Counted from the stretch's first letter, positions 50,375-61,297 are shown. The stretch: 64,000 nt of DNA from Actinomycetes bacterium (GCA_014190015.1 BJFT01000002.1:4169-68168), one strand, 5' to 3'. Numbers and translations are program-made. Notes: a model not told the origin generated them from the letters alone.

Positions 50375-51508
50375 TTATTTCATGAAATCTGGAACATCAA
50401 TTTCATCTTCGGCAACTAGCTCTTCAAATGTCACGCGAGGACGAGGAGTGAGGTCAGCTTCAAGATCAAGTGCGACAGCAAGAGGGTCGTTGCTTGGAAC
50501 AGGATTAGCGTTTCCTGCCAACGTTGCAGCATTGATTACAGGAATGGATACCTTCTTTGGTTCTCCCCCATCAAAGCCTGCTGCGATAACAGTGATTCGA
50601 ACTTCATCACCTAGCGCGTCATCAATTGTTGTACCAAAGATGATCTTTGCATTGGGATGAGCTGCAGCTTGTACAAGTTCGCACGCTTCATTGATTTCAA
50701 ACAAACCAAGATCAGAACCACCAGCAACAGAGAGAAGTACGCCCATGGCGCCATCAATTGAAGCCTCAAGTAGCGGACTTGAGATTGCAAGCTCTGCGGC
50801 GCGAATTGCTCGGTTCTCTCCACGAGCAGAACCAATTCCCATCAGTGCAGATCCTGCACCTGTCATAACAGTTTTAACATCTGCAAAGTCAAGATTGATC
50901 AACCCTGGTTGTGTGATTATTTCTGTAATTCCTTGAACACCTGAGAGTAGAACTTGATCCGCGCTCTTGAACGCATCTACTGCAGTAATTGAACGATCTG
51001 AAATTGCTAATAAGCGATCGTTAGGAATAACTATAAGTGTGTCCACCTCGGAGCGAAGCGCTTCGATTCCTTCTTCTGCTTGAGCTGTACGAATCTTTCC
51101 TTCAAAACTAAATGGTTTGGTGACAACACCAATTGTTAGTGCTCCAATTTCACGTGCAATTTTTGCAACTACAGGTGCACCACCGGTTCCTGTTCCGCCA
51201 CCTTCTCCTGCGGTAACGAAGACCATGTCTGCACCGCGCAAAATTTCTTCAATTTCATCAATGTGATCAAGTGCTGCTTCACGACCTTTTTCAGGAGCTG
51301 CACCTGCACCAAGTCCGCGAGTTGATTTGCGACCAATATCTAATTTCACATCTGCATCACTCATTAACAAATGTTGTGCATCAGTATTAATTGCAATGAA
51401 CTCGACGCCTTTGAGTCCGACATCAATCATTCGATTGATTGCATTAACTCCACCGCCACCAATTCCAACTACTTTGATGACAGCTAAATAATTCTGCGGT
51501 GAAGCCAC
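50375..51508 (-). CDS. ftsZ: Cell division protein FtsZ
   Basis: GGGGVNA, GGGTGTG, NLDFADV, C-terminal DVPDFMK; SD GGAGGAG before GTG. Confidence 0.99.
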   Translation of the reverse strand: MASPQNYLAVIKVVGIGGGGVNAINRMIDVGLKGVEFIAINTDAQHLLMSDADVKLDIGRKSTRGLGAGAAPEKGREAALDHIDEIEEILRGADMVFVTAGEGGGTGTGGAPVVAKIAREIGALTIGVVTKPFSFEGKIRTAQAEEGIEALRSEVDTLIVIPNDRLLAISDRSITAVDAFKSADQVLLSGVQGITEIITQPGLINLDFADVKTVMTGAGSALMGIGSARGENRAIRAAELAISSPLLEASIDGAMGVLLSVAGGSDLGLFEINEACELVQAAAHPNAKIIFGTTIDDALGDEVRITVIAAGFDGGEPKKVSIPVINAATLAGNANPVPSNDPLAVALDLEADLTPRPRVTFEELVAEDEIDVPDFMK

Positions 51509-51525
51509 GGTACTCCTCCTTGAGA

Positions 51526-51557
51526 ACGGTAAACCTCGAGTTGAGATTTAGTGTCCT
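51526..51557 (-). promoter_or_regulatory. Proximal ftsZ promoter candidate AGGACA-N20-TACCGT with a dyad in the long spacer
   Basis: Imperfect inverted repeat TAAACCTC-N5-GAGATTTA (51530-51550) lies between the hexamers. Confidence 0.5.
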
Positions 51558-51574
51558 CTCTTATGCGTGAGGTG

Positions 51575-51616
51575 AAAGTAAAGCGAATTAACTCCGTAAG
51601 CAAACATCGCCACGAA
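51575..51616 (-). promoter_or_regulatory. Distal ftsZ promoter candidate TTGCTT-N17-TACTTT with upstream TTCGTGGCGA dyad
   Basis: -10 at 51580-51575, -35 at 51603-51598, dyad at 51616-51607, then an AT-rich tract. Confidence 0.6.
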
Positions 51617-51634
51617 TTATTTTTAAATTATTTT

Positions 51635-52303
51635 TTACTTAACAATCGGTGCATGTGGTGCAGAAACATCAACAGTTGAAATGTTTTTATTTTCCTTACG
51701 TTCTATAAGTGCTTTAAATACTTTGATTTTTAGATCTATTTCATCAGCATCTCCGAATCGAAGAGTGAGGCCTCGACTCTGGCCTTGGATATTAGCGTCA
51801 ATATCCATGGAGAAATCATTAGCACTTCGGGCACCCATCGAAGTAATGCTCTGACGAAAATCCTCGGGCAAGGAGGCAAAGAGTTGGGCGGCTGCCAATC
51901 CGATGGCAGGAGTGGGAGCGCTTAACTGTGGCACTTCAGCAGATATTCCAACAGGATCAAAAATCGTTCCCGACGAATCAATATATCTGCCATTGAGTGC
52001 GCCAATAGCTTCTCGAGCTTTCACCGAAATAGTTACCGAACTTGAAAACCAATTGCGAGAAACTTCGGCCTGTTCAACCCATGAGAGCGATGTAATGCTG
52101 CGGGCATTTTGACGAGGTTCTATACGAGCAAGTTTGGTACCAATGAGATTTCCAACCTTTTTCTCTACAGTCGAAATTTGAAGGGGGTTTGTGATTCCAC
52201 TGTACTCAACTCGCTTAACTGTAAATACTGAGGACCATCCCAATATATAAGTAAGCGATGAAATGATCAGTACCGATATCAGAACCTTAACTATTCGTGG
52301 CAT
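51635..52303 (-). CDS. ftsQ: Cell division protein FtsQ/DivIB
   Basis: N-terminal TM, POTRA (VKRVEYSG...WVEQAEVSRNW), C-terminal DVSAPHAPIV. Confidence 0.9.
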   Translation of the reverse strand: MPRIVKVLISVLIISSLTYILGWSSVFTVKRVEYSGITNPLQISTVEKKVGNLIGTKLARIEPRQNARSITSLSWVEQAEVSRNWFSSSVTISVKAREAIGALNGRYIDSSGTIFDPVGISAEVPQLSAPTPAIGLAAAQLFASLPEDFRQSITSMGARSANDFSMDIDANIQGQSRGLTLRFGDADEIDLKIKVFKALIERKENKNISTVDVSAPHAPIVK

Positions 52304-52312
52304 CAGTAAAAA

Positions 52313-53701
52313 TTAATTACTCGCGAAGCGTTTGGTTAGTCCATCAACAATAATTGGTCCAAGAGATGAAACATCTCCCGCGCCCAACGTGATAATCACA
52401 TCTCCTGGTTTTGCCATTTCAATCATTGCATCCGTTGCATCAACGAAGTTTGGTATGTATCTTCCATTTGTCATTGATTCCGAGATTACTTCCGAGCTCA
52501 CACCTGGAATTGGTTTTTCACTTGCCGCATACACTTCAAGCAAAGTGACATCATCTGCCAGCGATAAGGCAGATGCGAACTCAGACATAAATGCTTGAGT
52601 GCGCGAATATCTATGTGGTTGGAAAATTACAAGCAGTCGACCATCTCCGGCATACCTGCGCGCAGCATCTAGTGTTACGCGAATCTCTGTTGGGTGATGT
52701 CCGTAATCATCGATCACTCGAATGCCATGAACGGTTCCTTTTAATTCGAAGCGACGACCAGTTCCGGCAAATGATGCCAACCCAGCAAGCAATCCAGCAG
52801 TAGGTAAACCAAGGTGTAAACCAACTGCAAGAGCCGCGGCTGCATTATCAATATTGTGGCGACCAGGAACATTAAGTTCGAGATGGCCAATGGATTTACC
52901 TTGCCAGAGCGCACGAGCACGAGATCCTTTTGCGCCAAGTTCTACTTGATCTATATGTAAATCGCTCTCAGGATTTTCACCATATGAAATGCTCACAAAA
53001 CTTCTCTTTGTGCGCCCCAATGCGAGTGAACCAGGGTCATCAGCACAATAAACAAGAAATCCATCCGGTGAAATAGTTTGGGCAAACTCTTCAAATGCTG
53101 CAGTCACATCAGCAGGGGTTGCAAAGTAATCAACATGGTCGTGTTCGACGTTGGTAACGATGGCGCCAAAAGGTTTGTACTCAATAAATGAGCCATCAGA
53201 TTCGTCAGCTTCGGCAACGAAGTATTTGCCTGTGCCCCTGTGTGCATTTGAACCTGATGCGCTAATCGTTCCGCCAATTGCAAAGGAAGGATCCGCCCCG
53301 CAAGCTTGTAGGGCAACAGTTAACATGGAAGAGGTTGTTGTTTTCCCGTGTGTGCCGGCAACAGCAATACTTATTGATTCACTCATCAGCAAGGCAAGCG
53401 CCTGTGCACGTGTATAGATAGGAATATGTAACTTATCAGCTGTTACGCGTTCTGAGTTTGAATGAGAAATAGCATTTGAGTAAATAACTAAATCTGCGCC
53501 CTGCACATTCTCGGCGCTATGAGAAGAAAAAACTGTTGCACCAAGGGCTGAGAGGGCAGCAAGTACGGATGAATCTTTTTCATCAGAACCGCTGACTTGT
53601 GCACCATGTGTTAACGCAATTCGCGCTAAGCCACTCATGCCTGCGCCACCGATACCGATGAAATGAAGTTTCTTACTTGATAGTTCGGAGAGCGAAATCA
53701 T
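52313..53701 (-). CDS. murC: UDP-N-acetylmuramate--L-alanine ligase
   Basis: HFIGIGGAGMSG, GTHGKTTTS, EADESD, DDYGHHPTEI, FQPHRYSRT. Confidence 0.98.
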   Translation of the reverse strand: MISLSELSSKKLHFIGIGGAGMSGLARIALTHGAQVSGSDEKDSSVLAALSALGATVFSSHSAENVQGADLVIYSNAISHSNSERVTADKLHIPIYTRAQALALLMSESISIAVAGTHGKTTTSSMLTVALQACGADPSFAIGGTISASGSNAHRGTGKYFVAEADESDGSFIEYKPFGAIVTNVEHDHVDYFATPADVTAAFEEFAQTISPDGFLVYCADDPGSLALGRTKRSFVSISYGENPESDLHIDQVELGAKGSRARALWQGKSIGHLELNVPGRHNIDNAAAALAVGLHLGLPTAGLLAGLASFAGTGRRFELKGTVHGIRVIDDYGHHPTEIRVTLDAARRYAGDGRLLVIFQPHRYSRTQAFMSEFASALSLADDVTLLEVYAASEKPIPGVSSEVISESMTNGRYIPNFVDATDAMIEMAKPGDVIITLGAGDVSSLGPIIVDGLTKRFASN

Positions 53702-53720
53702 GTTCGTACTCCCCCGTCTT

Positions 53721-54800
53721 CTAGTGAGAACTCAGCACGTTTTGCATGAGAGCCGTAATCTTCTCATGGGCTGTGCTATTTGCTGTGGAAACCTGCGCAC
53801 TGCGGGCTTTAGATCTTTCTAATAATGAATCAATATGACTTAAGAGCCACGTTGATGTGAACTCCTTCTGGGAAATCACTTGTGCACGTCCAAGGTCTGC
53901 GAGGTGCTGTGCATTGGGAAGTTGTTCACCATTTCCAATCGCAAGCGGAACAAATAATGCGTACTTGCCAAGTGCTTCAAACTCTGAACAAGTGACTGCT
54001 CCAGATCGAGAAATAACTAAATCTGCTGCAAGATAAGCAGTTGCCATATCTGCAATGTAAGAATGTGGTTGGTACCCCGATTGCGCAGATGGAAGCGTGT
54101 TCTTCTTGCCAAGAGAGTGCATCACTTGAATTCTCTTCTCAAGAAGCGATGCCACCGATTGCTCAATCACTGTGTTCATTACTTGCGAACCTTGTGATCC
54201 GCCAACTACCAGAACCAAGGCTAGAGAATCATCGAAACCGAGAGCACGTTTGGAGGCAGTACGTACATGGCTCCAATCAGACTCATGACGAGTAATGATT
54301 GATGTAATTGATGACTTCAACGGCATGCCAGTAATAAGGGCACTGCTAAATGGACCATTTTTTACTGGAGTCGAAATAGCAAGGGCGGAAGTAAACAGAG
54401 CACCTAACCGATTAGCTATTCCGGGACGCGCATTGGCTTCGTGAATAACAATGGGAACACCACAAGATTTCGCTGCAATGTAGGAAGCAGCACTTACGTA
54501 ACCACCAAAACCAATCAACAGAGATGCGCCCTTTATAATTGCGCGTGCCTGCATAACTGCTTGAAACAAGTTAAATGGCAGAAGTAGCACCGATGGAGAA
54601 ACCTTTCGGTTAAGAACTACTCTCTTGATTGTTCGAAGAGTAAAACCTGCAGCCGGAACAAGTGTTGTTTCTAAACCATAGGCAGTGCCAATAAATATGC
54701 ATTTATCCTCGGGGTTTTCCTTCATCCATTGCTCTGCAACGGAGAGGGCTGGTTCAACATGGCCAGCAGTGCCACCACCTGCAAAAACAATTGTCTTCAT
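53721..54800 (-). CDS. murG: Lipid II N-acetylglucosaminyltransferase
   Basis: GGGTAGHV, GFGGYVS, HEANARPG, GGSQGS, RSGAVT, GNGEQ. Confidence 0.98.
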   Translation of the reverse strand: MKTIVFAGGGTAGHVEPALSVAEQWMKENPEDKCIFIGTAYGLETTLVPAAGFTLRTIKRVVLNRKVSPSVLLLPFNLFQAVMQARAIIKGASLLIGFGGYVSAASYIAAKSCGVPIVIHEANARPGIANRLGALFTSALAISTPVKNGPFSSALITGMPLKSSITSIITRHESDWSHVRTASKRALGFDDSLALVLVVGGSQGSQVMNTVIEQSVASLLEKRIQVMHSLGKKNTLPSAQSGYQPHSYIADMATAYLAADLVISRSGAVTCSEFEALGKYALFVPLAIGNGEQLPNAQHLADLGRAQVISQKEFTSTWLLSHIDSLLERSKARSAQVSTANSTAHEKITALMQNVLSSH

Positions 54801-55951
54801 TACTTCTTATCCAAATCCGCCATGGCAGCAGGATCGCGGCGTGCGGCCCCTAAAACAAAACCTAACGCAATGTACGTCGCCAATAGAGATGAGCCACCAT
54901 ATGACACCAATGGAAGTGTTACACCAACCACTGGAATCATTGAAGTGGCTGAACCAATATTTAAGATAGTTTGAAAAGCAATCCATGCGCCAATACCCGC
55001 ACATGCATACTTTGACATCGGATCTTTCGCACGCAGCGCAATTCTAAATATTGAAAAAATAAGAGCACTAAAGAGCAATAACACAATGAGTGTTCCAAAT
55101 AAACCTAGCTCTTCACCAATGACAGAAAAAATAAAGTCAGTATGCGCTTCGGCTAGGTTTCCCCACTTTTGACGACTGGCACCGAGTCCAACTCCGAAAA
55201 CCCCGCCGCTAGCAAGTCCCAACAAACTGTGAGCTGGTTGCCATCCTGCATTTTTGTAATCTTCAGGGGCAAATGGATCTAAAACAACTAAGAACCTCTG
55301 TGCGCGGTATGGCGCAGTTGCAATTGCAATAGCGATCAGAGAGAAAACAGATGCAATAACTCCGCCAAATATTTTCCCTGAAACACCAGATACCCAGAGT
55401 AATCCAGCCAAGATTGCAGCAAATACTGCAGTGGTTCCTAGATCTCTTCCGAGCATGATCAAACCCATCACTAACACAAACCCTGGTGTTATCAGTGCTA
55501 GAACATTCGTGTTGTGACGTCCCGCATGCTCACGTGTAGCCAACATATGCGCCGCCCATAGAATCATGAGCATCTTTACAATTTCACTCGGCTGAATATC
55601 TACAAAACCAAGGCTGATCCAATTTTGGTTTCCGTTAACGCTCTTTCCCACACCTGGAATCGCAACAATAATCAAAACTACCGCCGAGATTAAGAATCCA
55701 AAACGAGCAAAATTCTTCCAACGATCTAACTTTTGTCGTGAAGCCAGATAACCAAGTGGAATAGAGAGAATGAGAAAGAATAGTTGACGTCCAATTACTG
55801 AAAATGAATTTCCTTTATTTTCAAGAGAGTAAATTGAAGAAGCAGAGAAAACCATAACGGCGCCCAGAATGCTCAGTGCCAGCGTTGACCACATTAATAT
55901 TTTGTACGAACTTGAAGGTCTTGCCAAGAACTTCTGTGTTGTCTCACTCAC
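54800..55951 (-). CDS. ftsW: SEDS family peptidoglycan polymerase FtsW
   Basis: MVFSASS, WISLG..IQPSE, DLGT, QKWGNLAEAHTDFIF, LPLVSYGGSS. Likely GTG start at 55951. Confidence 0.96.
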   Translation of the reverse strand: MSETTQKFLARPSSSYKILMWSTLALSILGAVMVFSASSIYSLENKGNSFSVIGRQLFFLILSIPLGYLASRQKLDRWKNFARFGFLISAVVLIIVAIPGVGKSVNGNQNWISLGFVDIQPSEIVKMLMILWAAHMLATREHAGRHNTNVLALITPGFVLVMGLIMLGRDLGTTAVFAAILAGLLWVSGVSGKIFGGVIASVFSLIAIAIATAPYRAQRFLVVLDPFAPEDYKNAGWQPAHSLLGLASGGVFGVGLGASRQKWGNLAEAHTDFIFSVIGEELGLFGTLIVLLLFSALIFSIFRIALRAKDPMSKYACAGIGAWIAFQTILNIGSATSMIPVVGVTLPLVSYGGSSLLATYIALGFVLGAARRDPAAMADLDKK

Positions 55952-57335
55952 CGGCAATCACCTTTTTCACTGCCTGAGCAAAACGATCTCCGCGGTCGGC
56001 GTAGTTCGTAAATTGATCCATCGATGCACACGCCGGTGCTAAGAGCACGGTGTCACCTTCGACTGCAAACCCACGCGCAGCTTCAATAACATCTTCCATG
56101 AGTGAGTTATCTGCAGAACCAATGTGATAACTAGAAGGTGTATCTATCTGCACAACTGCGATGTGCGGAGCTTTTTCGCGAATCGCTTGTGCAATGAGTT
56201 CTCTATCTTCACCAATCAAGATGGCTGCTTTAATTCGCTTGCTGCAACGTTGAATTAGTTCATCCATTCGCGCACCTTTTGCTAGACCGCCCGCAATCCA
56301 CACAACAGAGAGTGCGGACATGATCGATGCGGCAGCTGCGTGCGGATTTGTTGCTTTGGAATCATCAATCCATGTAACTCCTGAATGGGTAAGTACTTCT
56401 TCAATTCGATGACGCCCTGGAGTAAATGAAGCAAGTGCGCTTCTAATATGTTCGTGATCAATACCGGCAGCCCGTGCAAGCCCTGCAGCTGCTAAAGCAT
56501 TGGAAACATTATGTGGAACCGTAGGTTTAATCTCAGTTAACTCGCAGATCATCGCTGCTTCTTGTGGATCTGCAACAAATGCTCGGTCAATTAATAACTC
56601 CTCAACAACCCCAATTTCCCCAGGTCCTGGAGTATCAAGTGAGAAGAAGACTTTTCTACCTTTCCACGCTGAACACCTCTTAACAACTTCTCCATCATCA
56701 GCATTAAGGATTCCTGTTGAACTTGAGTCCAGTAATGAAATTTTTGTTCGGGCGTACTCTTCGAATGTTCCGTGCCAATCTGTGTGATCATCTGCAATAT
56801 TGAGTATCGCGCTGGCAGTGAATTGGGCAGATTGCATCCAGTGGATTTGAAAGGATGAGAGTTCAAGGACTAAAACATCAAACTTGTCTTTGCTCTCCAC
56901 CGCATCAATAACTGTATCTCCGACGTTGCCGCAAGCAATCGCATGTAAGCCACCTGCACGCATAGCTGCTGCTGTCATTTCAACAGTAGTTGTCTTTCCA
57001 TTCGTTCCAGTTATCGCAAACCAACGTTGATGTGGAACTTCTTCTTGCTTAATTTGCCATGCTAAATCAATTTCATTTGTTAAAGGTGTTCCCGCGGCAA
57101 CGAATTTTTGGATCAGCGGGTGTGAAGGTTTCCAGCCTGGAGAAACAACCACGCTTTCCCACTCATGTACGTCAATGTCATCGGATAAAAAAGTATCGAA
57201 TGGAGAATCTTGAATTTGTTTGTCATCTGCAACCGCCACAACCGCTCCACGTCGTTTAAGTGATTGAGCCAGAGCGCTTCCAGTAACCCCTGCGCCTAAA
57301 ATTAGGATCCGACTCTTCGAAAAATTAAGTGGCAT
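55944..57335 (-). CDS. murD: UDP-N-acetylmuramoyl-L-alanine--D-glutamate ligase
   Basis: GAGVTG, ITGTNGKTTT, ELSSFQ, DHTDWH, DSKATN, LAPACASMDQF. Confidence 0.98.
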   Translation of the reverse strand: MPLNFSKSRILILGAGVTGSALAQSLKRRGAVVAVADDKQIQDSPFDTFLSDDIDVHEWESVVVSPGWKPSHPLIQKFVAAGTPLTNEIDLAWQIKQEEVPHQRWFAITGTNGKTTTVEMTAAAMRAGGLHAIACGNVGDTVIDAVESKDKFDVLVLELSSFQIHWMQSAQFTASAILNIADDHTDWHGTFEEYARTKISLLDSSSTGILNADDGEVVKRCSAWKGRKVFFSLDTPGPGEIGVVEELLIDRAFVADPQEAAMICELTEIKPTVPHNVSNALAAAGLARAAGIDHEHIRSALASFTPGRHRIEEVLTHSGVTWIDDSKATNPHAAAASIMSALSVVWIAGGLAKGARMDELIQRCSKRIKAAILIGEDRELIAQAIREKAPHIAVVQIDTPSSYHIGSADNSLMEDVIEAARGFAVEGDTVLLAPACASMDQFTNYADRGDRFAQAVKKVIAGE

Positions 57336-57345
57336 ATAAAACTTC

Positions 57346-58404
57346 TTACGCGCTTACCCATTGCGCATAAAAGAGTCCTAAACCAAGGGCAACGCTAAGC
57401 CCGGCAATAATCCAAAATCTAATAACAATGGTGACTTCTCCCCAGCCCATTAATTCAAAATGATGCTGCAAGGGAGCCATTTTAAATACCCGCTTGCCGC
57501 CAGAAATCTTGAAGTACAGCGTTTGAATAATCACTGAAAGCGTGATGATCACGAAGAGCCCACCTAGAGGAATAAGTAATAACTCAACTCGCAATGTGGC
57601 AGCTAAACCCGCAAGTGCTCCACCAAGTGCAAGTGAACCTGTGTCACCCATAAATATCTTGGCAGGCGATGCGTTCCACCATAAAAATCCTGTACACGAA
57701 CCAGCGAAAGCGGCAGCAAGTACAGCAAGATCGAGTGGATCTCTAACTGCGTAACAGTTAGCAGTAGTAACAAGTGCGCAGCTCTGTCCAAACTCCCATA
57801 CACCTATGAGCACAAAAGCTAAGAAGGTCATTACAGAAGCGCCGCTTGCAAGTCCATCTAATCCATCTGTGAGATTAACGCCATTGCTTGTAGCAACAAC
57901 CATCAGCGCAATCCAGATCACAACAAGGATTGGTCCAAGAACAATCGATGTTTCTCGCACTGTAGATAAATTCTGTGAAATGGGAGTAAGGCCGCCTAAG
58001 TCTGCGAATTGGATTCCTAAATAGCCAAAGAGTGCGGCTACAAATCCCTGAGATATGAGCTTTTGTTTTCCTGTTAAACCCAAAGATTGTTTGCGAGAAA
58101 TCTTCAAGAAATCATCTAAGAAACCAATTAAACCTAACGCGATCACTAAACCAATTACTAAGAGTGCAGAAATTGTTGGTGGGCGTCCAGAGAAAAGATG
58201 TGCAATCGTGTACGCAAATACAGTGGCAACAATGATGACGATGCCGCCCATTGTTGGTGTGCCGCGCTTTGTATGGTGCGAAGTTGGACCATCGTCTCTA
58301 ATTACCTGTCCAAATCCACGCTTAGCGAGGAAACGAATAAGAAGTGGGGTGCCGAAGAGTGAAAAAAGAAGCGCCATTGCTCCTGCGATAAGAATTACTC
58401 TCAC
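57346..58404 (-). CDS. mraY: Phospho-N-acetylmuramoyl-pentapeptide transferase
   Basis: [43 protein letters not shown]. Confidence 0.98.
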   Translation of the reverse strand: MRVILIAGAMALLFSLFGTPLLIRFLAKRGFGQVIRDDGPTSHHTKRGTPTMGGIVIIVATVFAYTIAHLFSGRPPTISALLVIGLVIALGLIGFLDDFLKISRKQSLGLTGKQKLISQGFVAALFGYLGIQFADLGGLTPISQNLSTVRETSIVLGPILVVIWIALMVVATSNGVNLTDGLDGLASGASVMTFLAFVLIGVWEFGQSCALVTTANCYAVRDPLDLAVLAAAFAGSCTGFLWWNASPAKIFMGDTGSLALGGALAGLAATLRVELLLIPLGGLFVIITLSVIIQTLYFKISGGKRVFKMAPLQHHFELMGWGEVTIVIRFWIIAGLSVALGLGLFYAQWVSA

Positions 58405-59804
58405 TTCTTATCCTCTCCGCTTAATTCTTTCATACGTAGCTCTTTCCATAAATCTTCTATTCCTTGGCTCAACGTTTCAAAGTGCTCTGAACGTGAAGCT
58501 TTTACAAGTACAACATCACCCTGAGCAAAATGTGACACGAGAGTAAGCGCCTGCGGAATATCTTCGCAATAGTGAAGCGTAGTAGAGCTTTGCGCTGGAA
58601 TACCTTCAGCAAATGCTCGTGTTCCGATACTGACTAGATGATCAATACCTAGCTTGTGTGCGTGTGCTGCAACGCTTGCGTGCAACGCATTGCTTTCTGT
58701 TCCAAGTTCGTGCATTTGGCCGAGAAATGCCCACGATGCGCCACCGCGCTCCTGCGCAAACAAAAGCATTGAATCCAGTGCGGCATTCATTGACTCTGGG
58801 TTTGCGTTATAGGAGTCATTGATAATCAAAAGATCTTCTATTTCATTAATTTGCATGCGCCATTTGCTCGCTAAATCAGCCGTAGACAAGCCACTTGCAA
58901 TTACTTCAATTGGAATTTCAAGTGCAGTACAGACTGCTGCTGCGGCTAAAGCATTAGATATTTGATGAGCACCGATGAGTCGCATTCCAACTGCGTCGCG
59001 ACCTGCAGGTGTAACAAGATCAAAGTGCGGACGTGCTTCACGCATTTCTATGTCAGCGGCTCTCACATCATCTTCCGAACCCTCACCGAAAAAGATTGTT
59101 CTTCCTGCATGCAATGACTTCATCGCCTTTGTGTGCGGGTCATATGTTCCAAGAACGGCAATTGCATCTCGATTTAGAGATTCAATAAGTTCGCCTTTAG
59201 TTTGTGCAATCTTTTCAACACTTCCAAATTCGCCAAGATGCGCTGTTCCGACGCGAAGTACAACACCAACATGGGGTTGCGCCATTTTGCATAAAGCAGC
59301 AATGTCGCCTTGGTGGCGTGCACCCATTTCTAAAATACAGTACTTAGTATCTGCATCACATTCGAGCAGAGTTATCGGGGCGCCGAGTTCGTTGTTAAAG
59401 GATGCCTTTGTTGAAACGCAGTTGGCACGACTAGAAAGTATGGATGCCAACAAATCTTTCGTGGTGGTTTTTCCGCTAGAGCCGGTAATGCCGATGACTG
59501 TCAGATTTGGTAACTCTTTACGAACATAAGCAGCAAGTGTGCGCACGGCTAGAAGTACATCTGAAACAACTACGCCATCGCCTTTAACTTCTTTGGTCGT
59601 CAGAAATCCCGTAGCACCGTGAGCTTTTGCATCCGAGACAAAATCATGTCCATCAGAGTTATCTCCAACTAAGGCCAGGAAGAGAGAGCCATTTACTGCA
59701 GAACGTGAATCAAATACTGGAGCCGATGTAATTACTTGTGTTATATCGCCATACGCTTTGCCACCCACGATGGTTGCAATCTTTTCGAGTGTCAATGGAA
59801 TCAT
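58401..59804 (-). CDS. murF: UDP-MurNAc-tripeptide--D-Ala-D-Ala ligase
   Basis: [46 protein letters not shown]. Confidence 0.97.
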   Translation of the reverse strand: MIPLTLEKIATIVGGKAYGDITQVITSAPVFDSRSAVNGSLFLALVGDNSDGHDFVSDAKAHGATGFLTTKEVKGDGVVVSDVLLAVRTLAAYVRKELPNLTVIGITGSSGKTTTKDLLASILSSRANCVSTKASFNNELGAPITLLECDADTKYCILEMGARHQGDIAALCKMAQPHVGVVLRVGTAHLGEFGSVEKIAQTKGELIESLNRDAIAVLGTYDPHTKAMKSLHAGRTIFFGEGSEDDVRAADIEMREARPHFDLVTPAGRDAVGMRLIGAHQISNALAAAAVCTALEIPIEVIASGLSTADLASKWRMQINEIEDLLIINDSYNANPESMNAALDSMLLFAQERGGASWAFLGQMHELGTESNALHASVAAHAHKLGIDHLVSIGTRAFAEGIPAQSSTTLHYCEDIPQALTLVSHFAQGDVVLVKASRSEHFETLSQGIEDLWKELRMKELSGEDKK

Positions 59805-61297
59805 TTTTTTGCCTCAATGGCGTGTGCAAGAACCAAACGATCATCAAATGGATGTACAACTCCCGCAATCTCTTGACCTCGTTCGTGCCCCTTACCTAAA
59901 ACAATTACGACATCGCCAGGCTGCGCAAGATTCACAGCTAATTTAATTGCCTCAGCGCGATCTTGGACAATAGCGCTGGGTTCAGAAATTTTTAATCCTT
60001 GTGTCATTTGCTCAAGAATTGCTTGTGGGTTTTCTGAACGAGGGTTATCACTTGTATAGATAGCCACGTCGCTACGTAGCGATAGCTCCTGACCCATGAT
60101 GCTTCGTTTTGAGTTATCACGATCACCACCACACCCCAATACTCCAATGACTCGCTTATCGGTCATCTCGCGAGCTGCAGCAAGTACACGAGCAACCGCG
60201 TCCGGGCTATGTGCATAATCAACTAACGCAGTGAAATTCTGTCCAAGATTTACAGGTTCAAGTCTTCCAACTGCCCCGACCAAATGCGGAATCAAGGTTT
60301 GAATATCCATTGGATCAATGCCTGATTCGACGCAGATTGCAACAGCCATTAATAAGTTGTCAAAGTTAAAGCCGCCTCGAAGAGTTGTTCTACTATCGAT
60401 TAGAACTCCCCCAACTCCGCGAATTGAAATATCGCTATGAGCGATACCTTCTTCGATTCGCGTGTAATGCCACGTTGCGTTTTCATTAAAGCGCGAGAGC
60501 GACTGAACTGGTAACTCAGTTTTTTCCGCCAGAATCTGGCCGTAAGAGTCATCGATGTTGATAAACGCCTGATCCGCATATTCATATCTAAATAGCTTGG
60601 ATTTAGTTTCGAAATAATCTTCCATACTTGCATGAAAATCTAAGTGGTCTTGAGACAAGTTGGTGAAGCCAACGGCTGCAAAATAACTTCCTCGAATGCG
60701 CTCAAGTGCTATTGCATGGCTCGAAACTTCCATAACTAAATTTCGGCAATGGCGCTCACGCATTGTCGCAACTAGCGCTTGCAACTCTGCAGCCTCTGGA
60801 GTTGTCCGTGTACTTGTAAGAACTTCGTTTCCGATGCGAGTTTCAACGGTTCCTATTAATCCTGTTTCTTGCCCTGCACTTTGAAAAATTTGATGACATA
60901 GAGTGCTAACTGTTGTTTTCCCGTTAGTCCCCGTAATTCCAATGCTAAAGAGATCGCGCATTGGCTCGCCGTAAAACCAAGAGGTGAGAATTGCAGCCCT
61001 CTTGCGAGGTTCAGTCACTACTAATACGGGAAGCCCTTTAATTAACTTTGCTCCATCTGTATCAGTGAGAATTGCAACGGCGCCAGATTTGATCGCATCT
61101 TTTGCAAAAGTAGCACCGTGAACTTTTGCGCCAGCAAAAGCGCAGAAAAGATCTCCCGGTTCGACATCTGAACTTGAACTAGCGATTCCTGTAACTGCGA
61201 TTTTTTCTAAATCAGATACTGATAGATCTGATTTAGCATTAATAGTTGATGCAATAGATGCAAGAGATCTTTGACTTTGCGTCAGAGGGCGAATCAT
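59801..61297 (-). CDS. murE: UDP-MurNAc-dipeptide--diaminopimelate ligase
   Basis: ITGTNGKTT, TTP, MEVSSH, DHLDFH, VDYAHSP, DNPR, GKGHE. Confidence 0.97.
   Translation of the reverse strand: MIRPLTQSQRSLASIASTINAKSDLSVSDLEKIAVTGIASSSSDVEPGDLFCAFAGAKVHGATFAKDAIKSGAVAILTDTDGAKLIKGLPVLVVTEPRKRAAILTSWFYGEPMRDLFSIGITGTNGKTTVSTLCHQIFQSAGQETGLIGTVETRIGNEVLTSTRTTPEAAELQALVATMRERHCRNLVMEVSSHAIALERIRGSYFAAVGFTNLSQDHLDFHASMEDYFETKSKLFRYEYADQAFINIDDSYGQILAEKTELPVQSLSRFNENATWHYTRIEEGIAHSDISIRGVGGVLIDSRTTLRGGFNFDNLLMAVAICVESGIDPMDIQTLIPHLVGAVGRLEPVNLGQNFTALVDYAHSPDAVARVLAAAREMTDKRVIGVLGCGGDRDNSKRSIMGQELSLRSDVAIYTSDNPRSENPQAILEQMTQGLKISEPSAIVQDRAEAIKLAVNLAQPGDVVIVLGKGHERGQEIAGVVHPFDDRLVLAHAIEAKK

Noticed and set aside
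52293-52303. GCCACGAA partial copy of the ftsZ/ddbA dyad at the ftsQ start
   Set aside because: Opposite orientation, only part of the dyad, and explained by the codons Met-Pro-Arg-Ile.
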